A program made the position numbers and the translations under genes. From Candidatus Sumerlaeaceae bacterium (GTDB taxonomy: Bacteria; Sumerlaeota; Sumerlaeia; Sumerlaeales; Sumerlaeaceae): a DNA stretch of 64,000 nt. A model generated the notes under the pieces. That model had not been told where the DNA came from and searched no databases. It was given only the letters and a program-made list of their open reading frames with translations. The stretch covers positions 103,800 through 167,799 of the forward strand of contig JBMFRB010000006.1 in NCBI GenBank assembly GCA_049968255.1, given 5' to 3'. Shown here piece by piece: positions 28,536-38,398 of this stretch (position 1 is the first letter of the stretch; each line of letters begins with the position of its first letter).

Positions 28536-29966
28536 ATGAGAAAGAGCATTCTCGTGGTGGGCGGTGGCGTGGCTGGCTTGGCATGTGCGGCTCGACTGCT
28601 GGAGATCGAGCCAACCTGCGAAGTGACAGTGGTAGAAGCAGAAGAGCGGGTGGGGGGCCTCGCTTCACTGTGGCGCTGTCGAGAATTCTCAGCAGATCTA
28701 GGCCCGCATCGTGTTTACACAGAGCTTCCGGAAATCGCCGCACTGCTCCCGAAGCTCGTGGCGACTGAAGATGAAATCCAGGTTGAGCGGCGAAGCCAAC
28801 TGTATCTCGATGGGCATTATTATGCTTACCCTGTACGCGCAGGGGAGATCTTGCGAGTGATGGGGGCTTTGCGGCTTGGATATTACGGCGCCTCTGCGGC
28901 GCTGGGACAAATGAAGGCGTTGATGGGCAAGCCGCGAAGCTATGCAGATGCAATGCAACGCGCGTTCGGAAGAGCGCTCTACAAAAAAATTATCGAACCA
29001 TACACGCGAAAGGTCTGGAAGACGCCTCCCGAGCAATTGAGCGAAGAGGTGGCGCGAGTGCGGGTAAGCGCCGGAAATACGAACAAAATCGTGAAGCGCC
29101 TCTTGCATCGCCGCGATACGCCATCGCGCCCCACGGCGCTTGACCGTTTCACCTATATTCGTGGGGGCGTGGAGGGACTTGTTCATGCACTTGAAAGCAA
29201 GGTGTTGAGCCGTGGTGGGACGATCGAAACGGGACTTTGTGCGACAGCGTTCGAGCTGGATCAGGGCGGAGTGAAATCCGTTTGCGCCGAAGCGACAAGT
29301 GAGGAGGCGTCCGATGCACTGTTCGAAGCGAGTGCGGTGGTGTCTACCATGCCCATCACAGACCTTGTGGCGACGCTGGGTGCGCGCCTTGGCGAAGGAG
29401 CAGAAGCGGCACGTCAGCTCGAGTACGTAGGCATGATTCTCGTCGGAGTGGCACTGGCCAAACCGCAAATGTCGCTAAACACTTGGATTTACTTCCCTGA
29501 GGAGCATCTGGTTTTCAATCGTGCCTATGAACCGCGCAATTTTGATCCAAGCATGGCGCCCTCGGATCGCACCTTTGTTGTGTTTGAAATCACGGCGCGG
29601 CTAGATTCGCTGTTGTGGCAGACACCTGACGCTGATTTGCGCGATTTAGTTGTGCACGATGCTATTAGGGCGGGGCTTTTTTCAAAAGAGGACGTTTTGG
29701 AAACGTTCTCGAGACGTCTTTCCTATGCTTATCCGATTTATACGTTGGACTTTCGCCGGTATCTCGAACGGGTTTGCCAAGCGCTGAGCCAAGTTCCCAA
29801 TCTTCTCACGACGGGGCGCCAGGGACTCTTTAACCATAACAACATGGACCACTCTATGCTCATGGGGATTCGAGCCGCGGAGTGTGTGGTTGAGAATTAT
29901 CCGATTGCTGCGAAGGCATGGTATGATCATTTGGAACAGTTTGCTCATTTCCGGATTGTGGACTGA
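28536..29966 (+). CDS. FAD-dependent oxidoreductase (HemY / UDP-galactopyranose mutase-like)
   Basis: VVGGGVAGL, VGGL, DLGPHR, YTRKVW, AYPIY, GRQGLFNHNNMDHSM. Confidence 0.85.
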   Translation: MRKSILVVGGGVAGLACAARLLEIEPTCEVTVVEAEERVGGLASLWRCREFSADLGPHRVYTELPEIAALLPKLVATEDEIQVERRSQLYLDGHYYAYPVRAGEILRVMGALRLGYYGASAALGQMKALMGKPRSYADAMQRAFGRALYKKIIEPYTRKVWKTPPEQLSEEVARVRVSAGNTNKIVKRLLHRRDTPSRPTALDRFTYIRGGVEGLVHALESKVLSRGGTIETGLCATAFELDQGGVKSVCAEATSEEASDALFEASAVVSTMPITDLVATLGARLGEGAEAARQLEYVGMILVGVALAKPQMSLNTWIYFPEEHLVFNRAYEPRNFDPSMAPSDRTFVVFEITARLDSLLWQTPDADLRDLVVHDAIRAGLFSKEDVLETFSRRLSYAYPIYTLDFRRYLERVCQALSQVPNLLTTGRQGLFNHNNMDHSMLMGIRAAECVVENYPIAAKAWYDHLEQFAHFRIVD

Positions 29967-29996
29967 GCACTGGGCGAGAAGGAGCGTGAGGCGGAT

Positions 29997-30302
29997 TTAG
30001 TCCGTGTCGCGCGGGAGAAGGGATGTCATTTCCTGCACCTGCTCAATCGTCCAACGATTTAGAAATTCGTGCAAGCGCACGAGTTGGCGTTCGTCGGGCT
30101 CAAAATCAATGATGCGACTGATTTGCCCACGTGCGTCAGGGATCTCAAAATGGAAAGTAGGAAGGGGAGCGCCCGCAGGGCCAAGAAAATAGGCCTCGAT
30201 GCGCTGGATGGCATCGCGCCGCGCATTGGCATCGAGTCCGATGCGAACGAAGCATTCGAACTCGTAGGTGAGATATTTTGCCTGCTCGCGGTCAATTTCC
30301 AT
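29997..30302 (-). CDS. Hypothetical protein, 101 aa
   Basis: Fills the gap downstream of larE on the same strand with natural globular composition. No motif recognised. Confidence 0.6.
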   Translation of the reverse strand: MEIDREQAKYLTYEFECFVRIGLDANARRDAIQRIEAYFLGPAGAPLPTFHFEIPDARGQISRIIDFEPDERQLVRLHEFLNRWTIEQVQEMTSLLPRDTD

Positions 30303-30344
30303 AGTCTAACGCTAGCGTAATCGGCCATCCAGTCGCAAGGTATT

Positions 30345-31229
30345 TTAGCTCCGGGATTCTCGAATGGGGGGGAAATGAGAGGGCATGGGCGCAGGAGCAT
30401 TGGCCAGAAGAGTCGCATTGAGACTGCCTGTGCGGTAGCCTAGCAGGTCGAGCGTTGTGTAAAGGAACCCGATGCGGCGAAATTCTTCAGCAATGCGTGG
30501 TGCCAAGCGATCGGTGAAAAGTCGCGGCATCTCCTCGGGAAGCAGTTCGATGCGCGCAATGGTATCGTGGTGCCGGACGCGCACTTGCGAGAACCCCAGA
30601 TCTTTAAGCAGTTGCTCGGCTGCGGCAATTTGTTCGAGCTTTTCGCGCGTGATGGGCGATCCATAAGGGACGCGCGAGGACAAGCATGCACCGGAAGGTT
30701 TATTCCAGGTGGGCAAATTGAGGGCCTGCGCCACTTCGCGGATCTCGTCCTTTGTCCAACCGTGTTCGAGCAACGGTGCCCACGTCCCGAGCTCATGGGC
30801 GGCTTGCATGCCGGGCCGATAGTCGCCGCGATCGTCCGCGTTTGTTCCCTCGACCACAGCCGCGCATCCCCATTTTTCGGCAAGTTCATGCAAGCGCACA
30901 AAAAGCTCGCGCTTACAAAAATAGCAGCGATTGACGGGGTTGCCGGCGTAATTTGGAATTGCGAGCTCGGAGTACTCGATGATGCGATGATTCCAGCCAC
31001 GTGTGCGTGCCAGCTCGCAAACAGCCTTAAATTCCTGGAGGGTGAGTGTTTCGCTTTTTGCGGTCACGGCGATGGCATGCTCAAATCCGAGCGCGCGATG
31101 GGCCACTTCTTGCAGGAGCGTCGAATCCACACCGCCCGATAGAGCGACGAGCACGCGCCGTCTTTGGCGAAATGCTTCCTCAAGGCGTTCGATTTTTTGG
31201 ACCAATTCAGGTCGCATTCTGCCTCTCAT
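30345..31229 (-). CDS. larE: LarE family ATP-dependent sulfur transferase (TIGR00268)
   Basis: PP-loop ALSGGVDS, RCYFCK, GTNADD..DYRPG, CLSSRVPYG, QVRVRHH, GYRTGSLN. Confidence 0.92.
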   Translation of the reverse strand: MRGRMRPELVQKIERLEEAFRQRRRVLVALSGGVDSTLLQEVAHRALGFEHAIAVTAKSETLTLQEFKAVCELARTRGWNHRIIEYSELAIPNYAGNPVNRCYFCKRELFVRLHELAEKWGCAAVVEGTNADDRGDYRPGMQAAHELGTWAPLLEHGWTKDEIREVAQALNLPTWNKPSGACLSSRVPYGSPITREKLEQIAAAEQLLKDLGFSQVRVRHHDTIARIELLPEEMPRLFTDRLAPRIAEEFRRIGFLYTTLDLLGYRTGSLNATLLANAPAPMPSHFPPIRESRS

Positions 31230-32439
31230 CTACTTGCAGTTCCGTGGCTTGTTCACGCGGCGTCACAATGGTCGTGGCTTGTGGCCGAACGCGCAGCCAT
31301 TCTAAGTACTCGCTGAGCGCAGCTTCGAGCTCGCTTAGTGTCTCGATATGCATGAGGCGTTCCCGGAACGTTCGCGCACCGTGCAACCCGCGCAAATACT
31401 GGACTGTGTGCTTGCGCATCTCGAGAATGCCACGCCGTTGGCCTTTTGCTGCGACCATCATGCGCGTGTGCTCCAAAACGAGCGAGAAACGCTGCTCGAT
31501 GCTCACATCAAGCAAGTAAGCAGGCACGCGTACGACTGTTCGGCCGTAGCTCTCCTCACACTCGACCATTTGATCCGTGGGAACCTGCTTTTCGGAAGCG
31601 ATGCGCCCCTCGCAAAAATCGCGCATGGCGCGCTCGCAAGCGCGAAGTAGCCAGGGATTGCCTATGAGGCCACGGCCAATCATGATGGCGTCGCAGCGCG
31701 TCTCGCGGATCATGCGCACAGCGTCGGCCGGCGAGGTGATGTCGCCATTGCCAATGACAGGAATGCTCACGGCCTGCTTGAGTTCTGCGATGAGTCGCCA
31801 GTCGGCCGGGCCGCGATACCCCTGCTGGCGAGTTCGAGCGTGCAATGCCACAGCATCGGCGCCTTCGGCTTCGCAAATGCGGGCCAGTTCTATCGCAAGG
31901 ATTTGGCCATCCTCCCAGCCAGCCCGCATTTTCACTGTGACGGGAATGCGGACTGCGCGACGTAGAGCACGAACAATGGCAGCGACGCGTTGCGGATCTT
32001 TCATCAGAGCGCTGCCGCAATTGTTGCCCGTGACCTTGCGAGCCGGACACCCCATATTGATATCCACAAGGGCTGCCCCTTGCTGCTCGATAATTTTTGC
32101 GGCTTCAGCGAGACGATCGGGCTCGCCGCCGAGTAACTGGACGGCAACTGGAGGGGCCTCGCCCCCAATGTCGAGAAGACTCCAGGTGCCCTTGTCGCCG
32201 CGTATGAGCCCTTCGGCGGAAATCATCTGCGTGTAGACAAGATGCGCTCCCATCCGGCGCAATATTTCGCGAAATGGGCGATCGGTGATGTTGCACATCG
32301 GTGCGGGGAGGACGCGGGTGCGTAGGCCGAGTGGCCCAATGTGCCACTCCCTGCTGGGGACGCATGAGGGGGGCCATGTGATCATCTCGTGAACCATGCT
32401 GCGATCTCCTGTGCTGGGGCGCGTGGCGCTTGCTTGCAC
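31207..32439 (-). CDS. dusB: tRNA-dihydrouridine synthase B
   Basis: APMCNITD, DINMGCP, GSALM, VTVKMR.GW, HARTRQQ.Y.G.ADW, IGNGDI, MIGRG..GNPW, EMRKH. Start uncertain. Confidence 0.9.
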   Translation of the reverse strand: MQASATRPSTGDRSMVHEMITWPPSCVPSREWHIGPLGLRTRVLPAPMCNITDRPFREILRRMGAHLVYTQMISAEGLIRGDKGTWSLLDIGGEAPPVAVQLLGGEPDRLAEAAKIIEQQGAALVDINMGCPARKVTGNNCGSALMKDPQRVAAIVRALRRAVRIPVTVKMRAGWEDGQILAIELARICEAEGADAVALHARTRQQGYRGPADWRLIAELKQAVSIPVIGNGDITSPADAVRMIRETRCDAIMIGRGLIGNPWLLRACERAMRDFCEGRIASEKQVPTDQMVECEESYGRTVVRVPAYLLDVSIEQRFSLVLEHTRMMVAAKGQRRGILEMRKHTVQYLRGLHGARTFRERLMHIETLSELEAALSEYLEWLRVRPQATTIVTPREQATELQVDERQNAT

Positions 32440-32464
32440 TGTCTAACACGATGGCCGCGCGAAA

Positions 32465-33574
32465 TTATTTATCGCCAGCGGATGCCCCTGCGGAAAGCGT
32501 GCGTTTGGCCATCTTGAGAAGCAGTCGCGCCGCAACGCGGTTGACAATCACAATGCTAAAAATAATCGCCGCCTCCATGATCTCGATGATATCTTTCGGG
32601 AGCTCACTGGCGGCGGCCACCTTACCATAGTTTAATACACCGAAAAGAAGTGCTGTGAAAATGACGCCGATGGGGTGATTGTTTGCAAGAAGCGCCACGG
32701 CGATGCCGAGAAAACCGAGCCCAGCAGAGAAGTTTTCTTCAAAATACCCTTTGTGACCGAGCACGAATCCGACGCCGACAAGCCCAGCGAGAGCTCCACT
32801 CAGAAACATCGTCACGATGATAACGCGTGCTGGCACAATGCCGGCTAGCCGCGCGGCCAGCGCGTTTTTCCCAACAGCACGGATTTCATAGCCAAGCTTT
32901 GTCCTGCGCAGCATCCACCACACGCCCAACGCGGCCACGAGTGCCAAAAACAATGATGCGTTGACAATTGACCCCTGAAATACCGGGAACCACACGGATA
33001 GGCGGGGAAGCCGGAGAAATTCTGGAAACGCAGGTGTGCGCACCGTGGCTGGAACGGCAAAACTATTCGGGTCGTAGCGTAGCAAGTAGTTGATCCACGC
33101 AAGGGCGACAAAATTTAGCATGATCGTTGTGATAACCTCGTGTGCACCCGTGAGAGCCTTGAGAACTCCAGGGATTGCGCCGTAGAGCCCTCCAGCGATC
33201 ATCGCGACAAGAACAAAAGCCACCATCCACACGAACCATGGAACCTTCTGGAGGATTTCCTTCGGAACGCCTTTCAGATAGTAGCCCACGATACCCAGGG
33301 CCATCGCGCCCAAGTAGAGTTGCCCCTCGGCGCCGATGTTGAACAGGCCAGCCCGGAATGCGACAGCAACTGCCAGACCGGTGAACGTGAGCAGAGTTGC
33401 CGTGTGCAGTACCTGACCAAGCCCGTACCAATCGCGCAAGCTCTCCTGAAAGATTGCACGAAATGTGGAAATCACGGGATAGCCTGTGAGTGCCAGAAAC
33501 GCCATCCCTGCGAGAACGGAAAGCAGGAGCGCGATAGCAGGTGCAAAAATGGCTCGCACAAGGAACTGTTTCAT
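32465..33574 (-). CDS. ABC transporter permease, CUT2 nucleoside/sugar family
   Basis: FRAGLFNIGAEGQ, HEVITTIMLN, GYEIRAVG.N..AAR.AGI, GFLGIAVALL. Confidence 0.92.
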   Translation of the reverse strand: MKQFLVRAIFAPAIALLLSVLAGMAFLALTGYPVISTFRAIFQESLRDWYGLGQVLHTATLLTFTGLAVAVAFRAGLFNIGAEGQLYLGAMALGIVGYYLKGVPKEILQKVPWFVWMVAFVLVAMIAGGLYGAIPGVLKALTGAHEVITTIMLNFVALAWINYLLRYDPNSFAVPATVRTPAFPEFLRLPRLSVWFPVFQGSIVNASLFLALVAALGVWWMLRRTKLGYEIRAVGKNALAARLAGIVPARVIIVTMFLSGALAGLVGVGFVLGHKGYFEENFSAGLGFLGIAVALLANNHPIGVIFTALLFGVLNYGKVAAASELPKDIIEIMEAAIIFSIVIVNRVAARLLLKMAKRTLSAGASAGDK

Positions 33575-33585
33575 CGGCTAAACTC

Positions 33586-35232
33586 CTAGGTTGCGGACTC
33601 TGGTTGAGCGGCTTTGGTGCTCCCGCCTGCCATAAAGATTCCGAGATCCTTTTCTTGAAGATTGTGATTGGGGGCTTCGAAAACAATGCGGCCGCCGTAA
33701 ATCACGAGCACGCGATCACTGAGCGCAAGGATTTCGCTGAGCTCGGCCGAAATCAGAAGGATGCCGACGCCAGCAGCACGCAGCTCGAGCAGCTTGTGGT
33801 GGATGAATTCTATGGCTCCGAGGTCAATCCCGCGGGTGGGATGCGCCGCGACGAGCAGGCTGGCGCCGCGCGTGAATTCTCGCGCCACGATGAGCTTCTG
33901 TTGATTGCCCCCACTGAGTTGATTGGCACGCAGACGAGGATTAGCAGGCCGGACATCAAAATCTTCGAGAAGCCGCTTGGCCGCTTCTTGATCGAATCGG
34001 TGCGCTTGTGACCAGTTGTGATGCCGACCCAGGAGGAGGTTCTCGCGCAAATCAAAATCGAGGATGAGGCCCTGGCGTTGACGGTCCCCGGGAATACACG
34101 CCATCCCGGCGGCGAACTTTTTGCGCGGTGACAGCACCGTAACATCACGTTGATTGATCAGGATCCGGCCTTCACTTGGCAGAGCAAGGCCGGTGAGGAC
34201 TTCCAGAAGCTCCTTCTGGCCGTTGCCTTCGACACCAGCAATGCCAACGATTTCGCCCGCTTTCACTTCCAGAGAGATATCGGCAAGCAAGGGGCGGCCC
34301 CGTGCGCTGCGCCGCAAAGAAACGTGTTCGAGACGAAGCGGTGTGGGCAGATCTCGTGGCTTAGGCACAACTGCATTCAGCACTGGCTGCTCTTGTGACA
34401 AAGTTTCGGGGCCCGCGTCTGACTGCGGGGTCGCACGGGGCAGGCGCCCGCTACGCGCTTTTTCAATGTCGCGTGCCAGTGTTGGCAGAATGACGTCGCG
34501 CCCAACCATGAGACGCGCAATTTCCTCGGGTGTGGTGGATGCTGTTTCCAGTGTTGCGACGACTCGGCCGGCACGCAGCACCGTCAGACGCTGGGATACG
34601 GCCATGACCTCGTGCAGCTTGTGAGTGATGATAATGAGCGTTTTCCCTGCGGCGGCGAGGGTGCGAATTGTGCTAAAGAGCGCCTCGACTTCCTGGGGAG
34701 TCAGCACAGCGGTGGGCTCGTCAAGAATCACGATTGAAGCATCGCGATAGAGGATTTTGAGTATTTCGACGCGCTGCTGTTCGCCGACGCTCAACGTCTC
34801 TACAACGGCGTTGGGATCGAGCGCCATATCGAAGCGACGAATGAGCTGAGCCACACGCGCCGCCGCTTCCGCCGGGATGTAAAGGCCCAAACGCACACGC
34901 TCGTCGCCGAGGATTACGTTCTCGGCAACGGTGAAGGGGGGGACAAGCATGAAGTGCTGATGGACCATTCCAATGCCTGCTGCGATGGCGTCGGCTGGTG
35001 AACGGAACTCGACGGTGCGGCCGTGCACACGGATCTCGCCAGAATCCGGCCGATAAAGTCCGTAGAGAATCTTCATCAGGGTGGATTTGCCGGCACCGTT
35101 TTCGCCAACGAGGGCATGCACTTCCCCGCGGCGCACGCGGAACGTGACGCGATCGTTCGCCACCACGCGCGCAAAGGAGTGCGTGATGTCGAGCATCTCG
35201 ACGGCCCATTGTGCATCAGGCTTGTCAGTCAT
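33586..35232 (-). CDS. ABC transporter ATP-binding protein, CUT2 double-domain
   Basis: GENGAGKST, GMVHQHF, LSVGEQQRVE, LDEPT, GVEGNGQ, LSGGNQQK. Start placed at ATG 35232. Confidence 0.93.
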   Translation of the reverse strand: MTDKPDAQWAVEMLDITHSFARVVANDRVTFRVRRGEVHALVGENGAGKSTLMKILYGLYRPDSGEIRVHGRTVEFRSPADAIAAGIGMVHQHFMLVPPFTVAENVILGDERVRLGLYIPAEAAARVAQLIRRFDMALDPNAVVETLSVGEQQRVEILKILYRDASIVILDEPTAVLTPQEVEALFSTIRTLAAAGKTLIIITHKLHEVMAVSQRLTVLRAGRVVATLETASTTPEEIARLMVGRDVILPTLARDIEKARSGRLPRATPQSDAGPETLSQEQPVLNAVVPKPRDLPTPLRLEHVSLRRSARGRPLLADISLEVKAGEIVGIAGVEGNGQKELLEVLTGLALPSEGRILINQRDVTVLSPRKKFAAGMACIPGDRQRQGLILDFDLRENLLLGRHHNWSQAHRFDQEAAKRLLEDFDVRPANPRLRANQLSGGNQQKLIVAREFTRGASLLVAAHPTRGIDLGAIEFIHHKLLELRAAGVGILLISAELSEILALSDRVLVIYGGRIVFEAPNHNLQEKDLGIFMAGGSTKAAQPESAT

Positions 35233-35369
35233 TGTGCGATTAGCTGCCAAACTTGTGGCGACGATGCCAAGAAAAACGTCTCCGTTTTTTGAAATGCGGC
35301 TCTTTTCCATGGAGTTGCGCATTCTCCGAATGTTATAAGCGACTTAGCAACTTCAAGGAGGGTGTAAAA

Positions 35370-36176
35370 GTGAAGGCGACCGATGTGAACTTCTTCGCTT
35401 GGTTGCTGAGCGGCCCTGTTGTGCCAGGGCTACTCATCATCGTGATTTATTTGGCGAAATGTATCAATGTGCTTAACGAGTACGAACGGGGCGTGGTGTT
35501 CCGCCTTGGGCGGTTGCTGCCGCAACCCAAGGGGCCGGGACTCGTGCTGATTTTTTGGCCAATCGATCGTATGGTGCGAGTGAGTCTTCGGATTGTGACT
35601 TTAGATGTGCCGCCGCAAGACATCATCACACGTGATAATGTTTCGGTGCATGTCAACGCGGTGATCTACTTCCAGGTCATAGATCCGGCGAAGGCGATCA
35701 TTTCGGTGGAAGATTATCTTTTTGCCACCTCGCAAATGGCGCAAACAACCCTGCGAAGCGTTCTCGGTCAGGTGGAATTAGATGACTTGCTTGCCGAAAG
35801 AGAAAAATTGAACATAGAACTTCAGGGGATCCTCGATCGGCAAACGGACGCATGGGGCGTGAAAGTGACTGCTGTCGAGATTAAGAAGGTGGACCTGCCT
35901 CAGGAAATGCAACGCGCAATGGCGCGGCAAGCGGAGGCGGAACGTGAGCGGCGTGCGAAAGTCATCAGCGCCGAAGGAGAATATCAAGCTGCGGAGAAAC
36001 TGGTGGCCGCGGCCGATATGATGTCGGCCCATCCGATGGCCATGCAAATGCGCTACCTGCAAACGCTCGTGGAAATTAGCGCCGAGAAAAGCTCGACGAT
36101 TGTCTTCCCATTCCCCATTGAGATGCTGCGCACGTTCGGATTGGAGAAGCCTAATCCACCAAAACAGCAGAGTTGA
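35370..36176 (+). CDS. SPFH / stomatin-like (slipin) protein
   Basis: [50 protein letters not shown]; AAGGAGG before GTG 35370. Confidence 0.93.
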   Translation: MKATDVNFFAWLLSGPVVPGLLIIVIYLAKCINVLNEYERGVVFRLGRLLPQPKGPGLVLIFWPIDRMVRVSLRIVTLDVPPQDIITRDNVSVHVNAVIYFQVIDPAKAIISVEDYLFATSQMAQTTLRSVLGQVELDDLLAEREKLNIELQGILDRQTDAWGVKVTAVEIKKVDLPQEMQRAMARQAEAERERRAKVISAEGEYQAAEKLVAAADMMSAHPMAMQMRYLQTLVEISAEKSSTIVFPFPIEMLRTFGLEKPNPPKQQS

Positions 36177-36209
36177 CAGCGGATAATCGGTGCCACAACC
36201 GTCAGCCTT

Positions 36210-36725
36210 ATGACGATGGAAAAGGATTCGCCCTCGAAGGCTCGCGATGTTGTGGTGCGCCGGGCGATGCCCGCGGACGCGGCGACGATGTTGCGTCTCA
36301 TTCGGGCACTTGCCGAGTACGAGAAACTCGATCCGCCGGACAAAGGGGCAGAAGAACGGCTTGTCAGGGATGCCTTTTGCGAGAAGCCACGATTCGAGGT
36401 GTGGCTGGCAGAGGTGGGTGCCCAAGCCGCAGGCTATGCTTTTATTCTCGAGACTTACTCGACATTTCTGGCACGCCCCACACTCTACATCGAGGACATT
36501 TTCGTGTTGCCTGAGTATCGCGGTTCGGGGGTGGGGCACACGCTCTTTCGCAAATGCGTGGAGCTGGCCAAAGAACGAGGCTGCGGGCGTATCGAGTGGG
36601 TAACGCTCGATTGGAACGTGACAGCACAGAGCTTCTTTAAGCGTTATGGCGCCCAGCACCTTGCTGAGTGGTACTTTTTCCGACTGACGGCGGACAAATT
36701 CGACGAGATCCTGAAACGCCCCTGA
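36210..36725 (+). CDS. GNAT acetyltransferase (diamine acetyltransferase-like)
   Basis: LIRALAEYEKL, YSTF, LYIEDIFVLPEYRGSGVG, EWVTLDWN. Confidence 0.9.
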   Translation: MTMEKDSPSKARDVVVRRAMPADAATMLRLIRALAEYEKLDPPDKGAEERLVRDAFCEKPRFEVWLAEVGAQAAGYAFILETYSTFLARPTLYIEDIFVLPEYRGSGVGHTLFRKCVELAKERGCGRIEWVTLDWNVTAQSFFKRYGAQHLAEWYFFRLTADKFDEILKRP

Positions 36726-36734
36726 GCGAGGAGC

Positions 36735-36941
36735 CTAGCAGCCCCCGCCAACGATCGTGATGATTTCAATGGCATCGCCGTCGTGGAGCGGTGTGCTTTC
36801 GTGCTCAGCACGGCGAATGACGTCGCCATTGAGCATGACCGCCACCTGATCGCGCTGGATGCCAAGCGCCTTGAGCAGCTCGATGATGTTCGAGACGTTG
36901 TCAAAGCTCTGAGTTTTTCCGTTTACTGTAAGAGAAATCAT
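36735..36941 (-). CDS. thiS: ThiS-like sulfur carrier protein ending in GGG-C
   Basis: MISLTVNG...LLKALGI...VAVMLNGDVI...LHDGDAIEIITIVGGGC; GGAG RBS before ATG 36941; 68 aa. Confidence 0.85.
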   Translation of the reverse strand: MISLTVNGKTQSFDNVSNIIELLKALGIQRDQVAVMLNGDVIRRAEHESTPLHDGDAIEIITIVGGGC

Positions 36942-37256
36942 GTTGCTCTCCGCGGTCATTTCGGTGTCAATAGTATCGGTTGCGCCGAAGGTGCATTCAC
37001 TCCTGAAGGAATCGGCTGCCCCGCTCTCAAGGGTTTTGTGACTTTTTATTGACAATGAGTGTTCGGGCCGTTAGCAACAATCCGACAATTCAGGAATTTT
37101 AGGAATTCTAGCGGTTATTTTTGCGATCACGATAAGAAGAGAACGGATCCAGAAACGCAGAGGCGGCTGGATAGGCTGATGCGAGAACCGATGCTGATCG
37201 GGCCGGCGGTAGGCTCAGCCGGTGGAAAATGTGGACTGCGGAGGTAGTGGCTGCGA

Positions 37257-38366
37257 ATGATCCGGAGATTTTCGATCAAGCAAGTGGCCGAACGGACGGG
37301 TCTGGAAGAAGCCGAAATTCGGTACTATGAGAATGCTTTCAAAGAATTTCTCACCTTTACTGAGATGGGCCTCGACAAGAACGATTTTACCGAGGACCAC
37401 ATTGCAATTCTGACCCGCATCAAGGAGCTCATCTACAAGCGCGGATTCACGATCGAGGAGGTTAAACGGGAACTCAAAACCACGCTTAACGATATTCGTG
37501 CGAAAATCCCCGTGCCAGTACGAGGAAGTAATTATGCGCGGGTCATTGCGGTCACCAGCGGAAAAGGAGGGGTCGGAAAAACAAGCATCGTGGTGAACCT
37601 TGCGGTGACCATTGCTCAGACGGGGCGAAAGGTTGCAATTTTTGACGCGGATCTTGGCCTAGCCAACGTTCACATCCTCATGGGGATCAAACCACGATTC
37701 AATCTTGCGCACCTAATCCAGAATGATTTTCCGCTCGAAGACATTATCACGCGAGGGCCATTGGGAATTCAGATTATCAGTGGCGGGCAGGGTATTCGCG
37801 AGCTGGCGAATTTGACCGATGAACAGAGACGCGTCCTGCTGCGTCAACTCGATAAGCTCGAACAGGAGGTTGACGTGCTGCTGGTGGATACGGGCGCCGG
37901 CATCAGCGAAAACGTGTTGCGATTCGCGGCTTTTGCAGACGAGATCATCGCGGTGACGACCCCCAACATCGCAGCAAATGCTGATTGTTTCTCCATCATC
38001 AAGATACTGCTGGAGATGGAGCCGAACTCGAAAATCGGTTTGCTGACCAACATGGCAAGCGATTGCTATGAAGCCAAAAATGTTTTCAACAAGCTGCAGG
38101 CAGCAATGCGCAAGGTCCTCAATTATGAGCTGAACGATCTGGGATATCTCGTGACGAGCGAGCAGATGCGCGTGGCGACCGAGCAGCGTCGGCCAGTCGT
38201 CTTTGCCTATCCACATTCGGAAATCACGCACAATTTCCGCGCGATCGTGGACACAATTTTCAATACGCGTGTGTTTGTGAACGAACGTAAGGAATCGAGT
38301 TTTGCGGACCTGATGGGTGCTTTGAAACGCAGCATGACTAGCTCGCGGTCAGCGGTGGCTATCTGA
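37257..38366 (+). CDS. MerR-type HTH fused to a FlhG/MinD-family ATPase
   Basis: N-terminal FSIKQVAERTGL....IRYYE...IKELIYKRGFTI, then VTSGKGGVGKT, DADLGLANV, DTGAGI; GGAGG RBS. Confidence 0.88.
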   Translation: MIRRFSIKQVAERTGLEEAEIRYYENAFKEFLTFTEMGLDKNDFTEDHIAILTRIKELIYKRGFTIEEVKRELKTTLNDIRAKIPVPVRGSNYARVIAVTSGKGGVGKTSIVVNLAVTIAQTGRKVAIFDADLGLANVHILMGIKPRFNLAHLIQNDFPLEDIITRGPLGIQIISGGQGIRELANLTDEQRRVLLRQLDKLEQEVDVLLVDTGAGISENVLRFAAFADEIIAVTTPNIAANADCFSIIKILLEMEPNSKIGLLTNMASDCYEAKNVFNKLQAAMRKVLNYELNDLGYLVTSEQMRVATEQRRPVVFAYPHSEITHNFRAIVDTIFNTRVFVNERKESSFADLMGALKRSMTSSRSAVAI

Positions 38367-38398
38367 AAATGATGACGCATCAAAAAGGAGAAGCCGGA

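Noticed and set aside
36942-37256. TPP riboswitch upstream of thiS
   Set aside because: The conserved CTGAGA / CCTGA...AGGGA arrangement was not found on the minus strand.
37257-38366. Calling the gene flhG/minD, or the locus flagellar
   Set aside because: It has an extra MerR domain and there are no flhF, fliA or minCE neighbours, so orthology is unsupported.
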